Source of the DNA: Terracidiphilus sp.
GTDB lineage: Bacteria; Acidobacteriota; Terriglobia; Terriglobales; Acidobacteriaceae
Reading direction: 5' to 3'
NCBI GenBank assembly: GCA_049514795.1
Contig: JBEKUS010000004.1
Location: forward strand, 46-64,045
Length of the DNA: 64,000 nt
Shown: positions 63,727 through 64,000 of the stretch, one piece after another
Numbering within the stretch: the first letter of the stretch is position 1
Layout of the letters: every line of letters begins with the position of its first letter
The notes under the pieces: generated by a model
What the model was told of the DNA's origin: nothing
The model's input: only the letters and a program-made list of their open reading frames with translations
The model's database searches: none
Translations under genes and position numbers: made by a program

Positions 63727-64000
63727 TCACTCGTTTCGCGCCGAATCGTGTGCGAACGCCGAACTAATCGCGACGATCAAGATGGCGAGCCCGATCGCAA
63801 GCAGCGACCAGCAGATGTGCTGCGCGAGATTAGAGTTGTTCACGCCGGGCACGTAGCCGACGATCGCGATCTCGAGTGCGGCAAGAAAGAGCAGCGTAAA
63901 CAGAGCGAGACATGCAGGCCATAGTCTGCCCAATGCGGACAGGGCGTGCCGCGGCAGCAACCGTTGCGGCCATCGCAGCGGCTTGTGAATGCGTAGCGAC
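63727..64000 (-). CDS. C-terminal part of a membrane protein (frame open to window edge)
   Basis: Two hydrophobic helices (LWPACLALFTLLFLAALEIAIVGYV; ICWSLLAIGLAILIVAISSAF). The frame stays open upstream of TTG 63960 to position 64000. Confidence 0.35.
   Translation of the reverse strand, partial: SLRIHKPLRWPQRLLPRHALSALGRLWPACLALFTLLFLAALEIAIVGYVPGVNNSNLAQHICWSLLAIGLAILIVAISSAFAHDSARNE

Noticed and set aside
63516-63767. 83-aa ORF (and its antisense 78-aa ORF) running across the double palindrome after cydB.
   Set aside because: The repetitive peptide (..LRKLRKYLRNLRKL..) is simply the translation of the palindromes. There is no start context and it overlaps the cydB end.

Overview
High-GC (about 60% or more in the lines I hand-counted) bacterial chromosomal segment. 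Gene content suggests Acidobacteriota/Terriglobia: CarboxypepD_reg-type TonB-dependent receptor, a TonB starting MFEDS, GT39 and ComEC. That assignment is inference only. I support about 60 protein-coding genes and found no rRNA, tRNA, CRISPR array, transposase or integrase. Backbone genes: prfA (3' end), mnmG, an M24 peptidase, padR-CPBP, ntrYX, a TonB-dependent receptor, pyrG, kdsA, comEC, rlmD, hfq-hflX, cydAB, and a minus-strand aromatic amino-acid cluster (trpC, trpF, trpB, trpA, chorismate mutase, aroF-type DAHP synthase, tyrA). Several visibly AT-richer islets interrupt this backbone.

Most notable observations:
1. A FitAB-like PIN toxin-antitoxin cassette sits between trpC and trpF. 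Its four-half-site operator overlaps the trpC stop codon.
2. A 3.3-kb islet splits pyrG from kdsA. It carries an RlmJ-like orphan, two vapBC modules (one bracketed by ~49-bp direct repeats that include a fossil vapC 3' end) and an OGG-fold-like protein.
3. A PIN protein with substituted catalytic acidic residues is translationally coupled to an atypical 239-aa partner.
4. Two hairpin-bearing segments are inserted in frame into mnmG.
5. Three short repeat classes occur: a tandem octamer (GACTYGCY) family, a REP-like hairpin family, and a perfect 44-bp tandem duplication.
6. One gene carries an in-frame TAG, and there is a GarR-family 3' gene fragment.
7. Several strong palindromic operator candidates are present, including two 17-bp palindromes after cydB and a TGTGA-N6-TCAC site before cydA.

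No single multigene system of clearly new type could be proven from sequence alone. The candidates are ranked by interest score in the findings.
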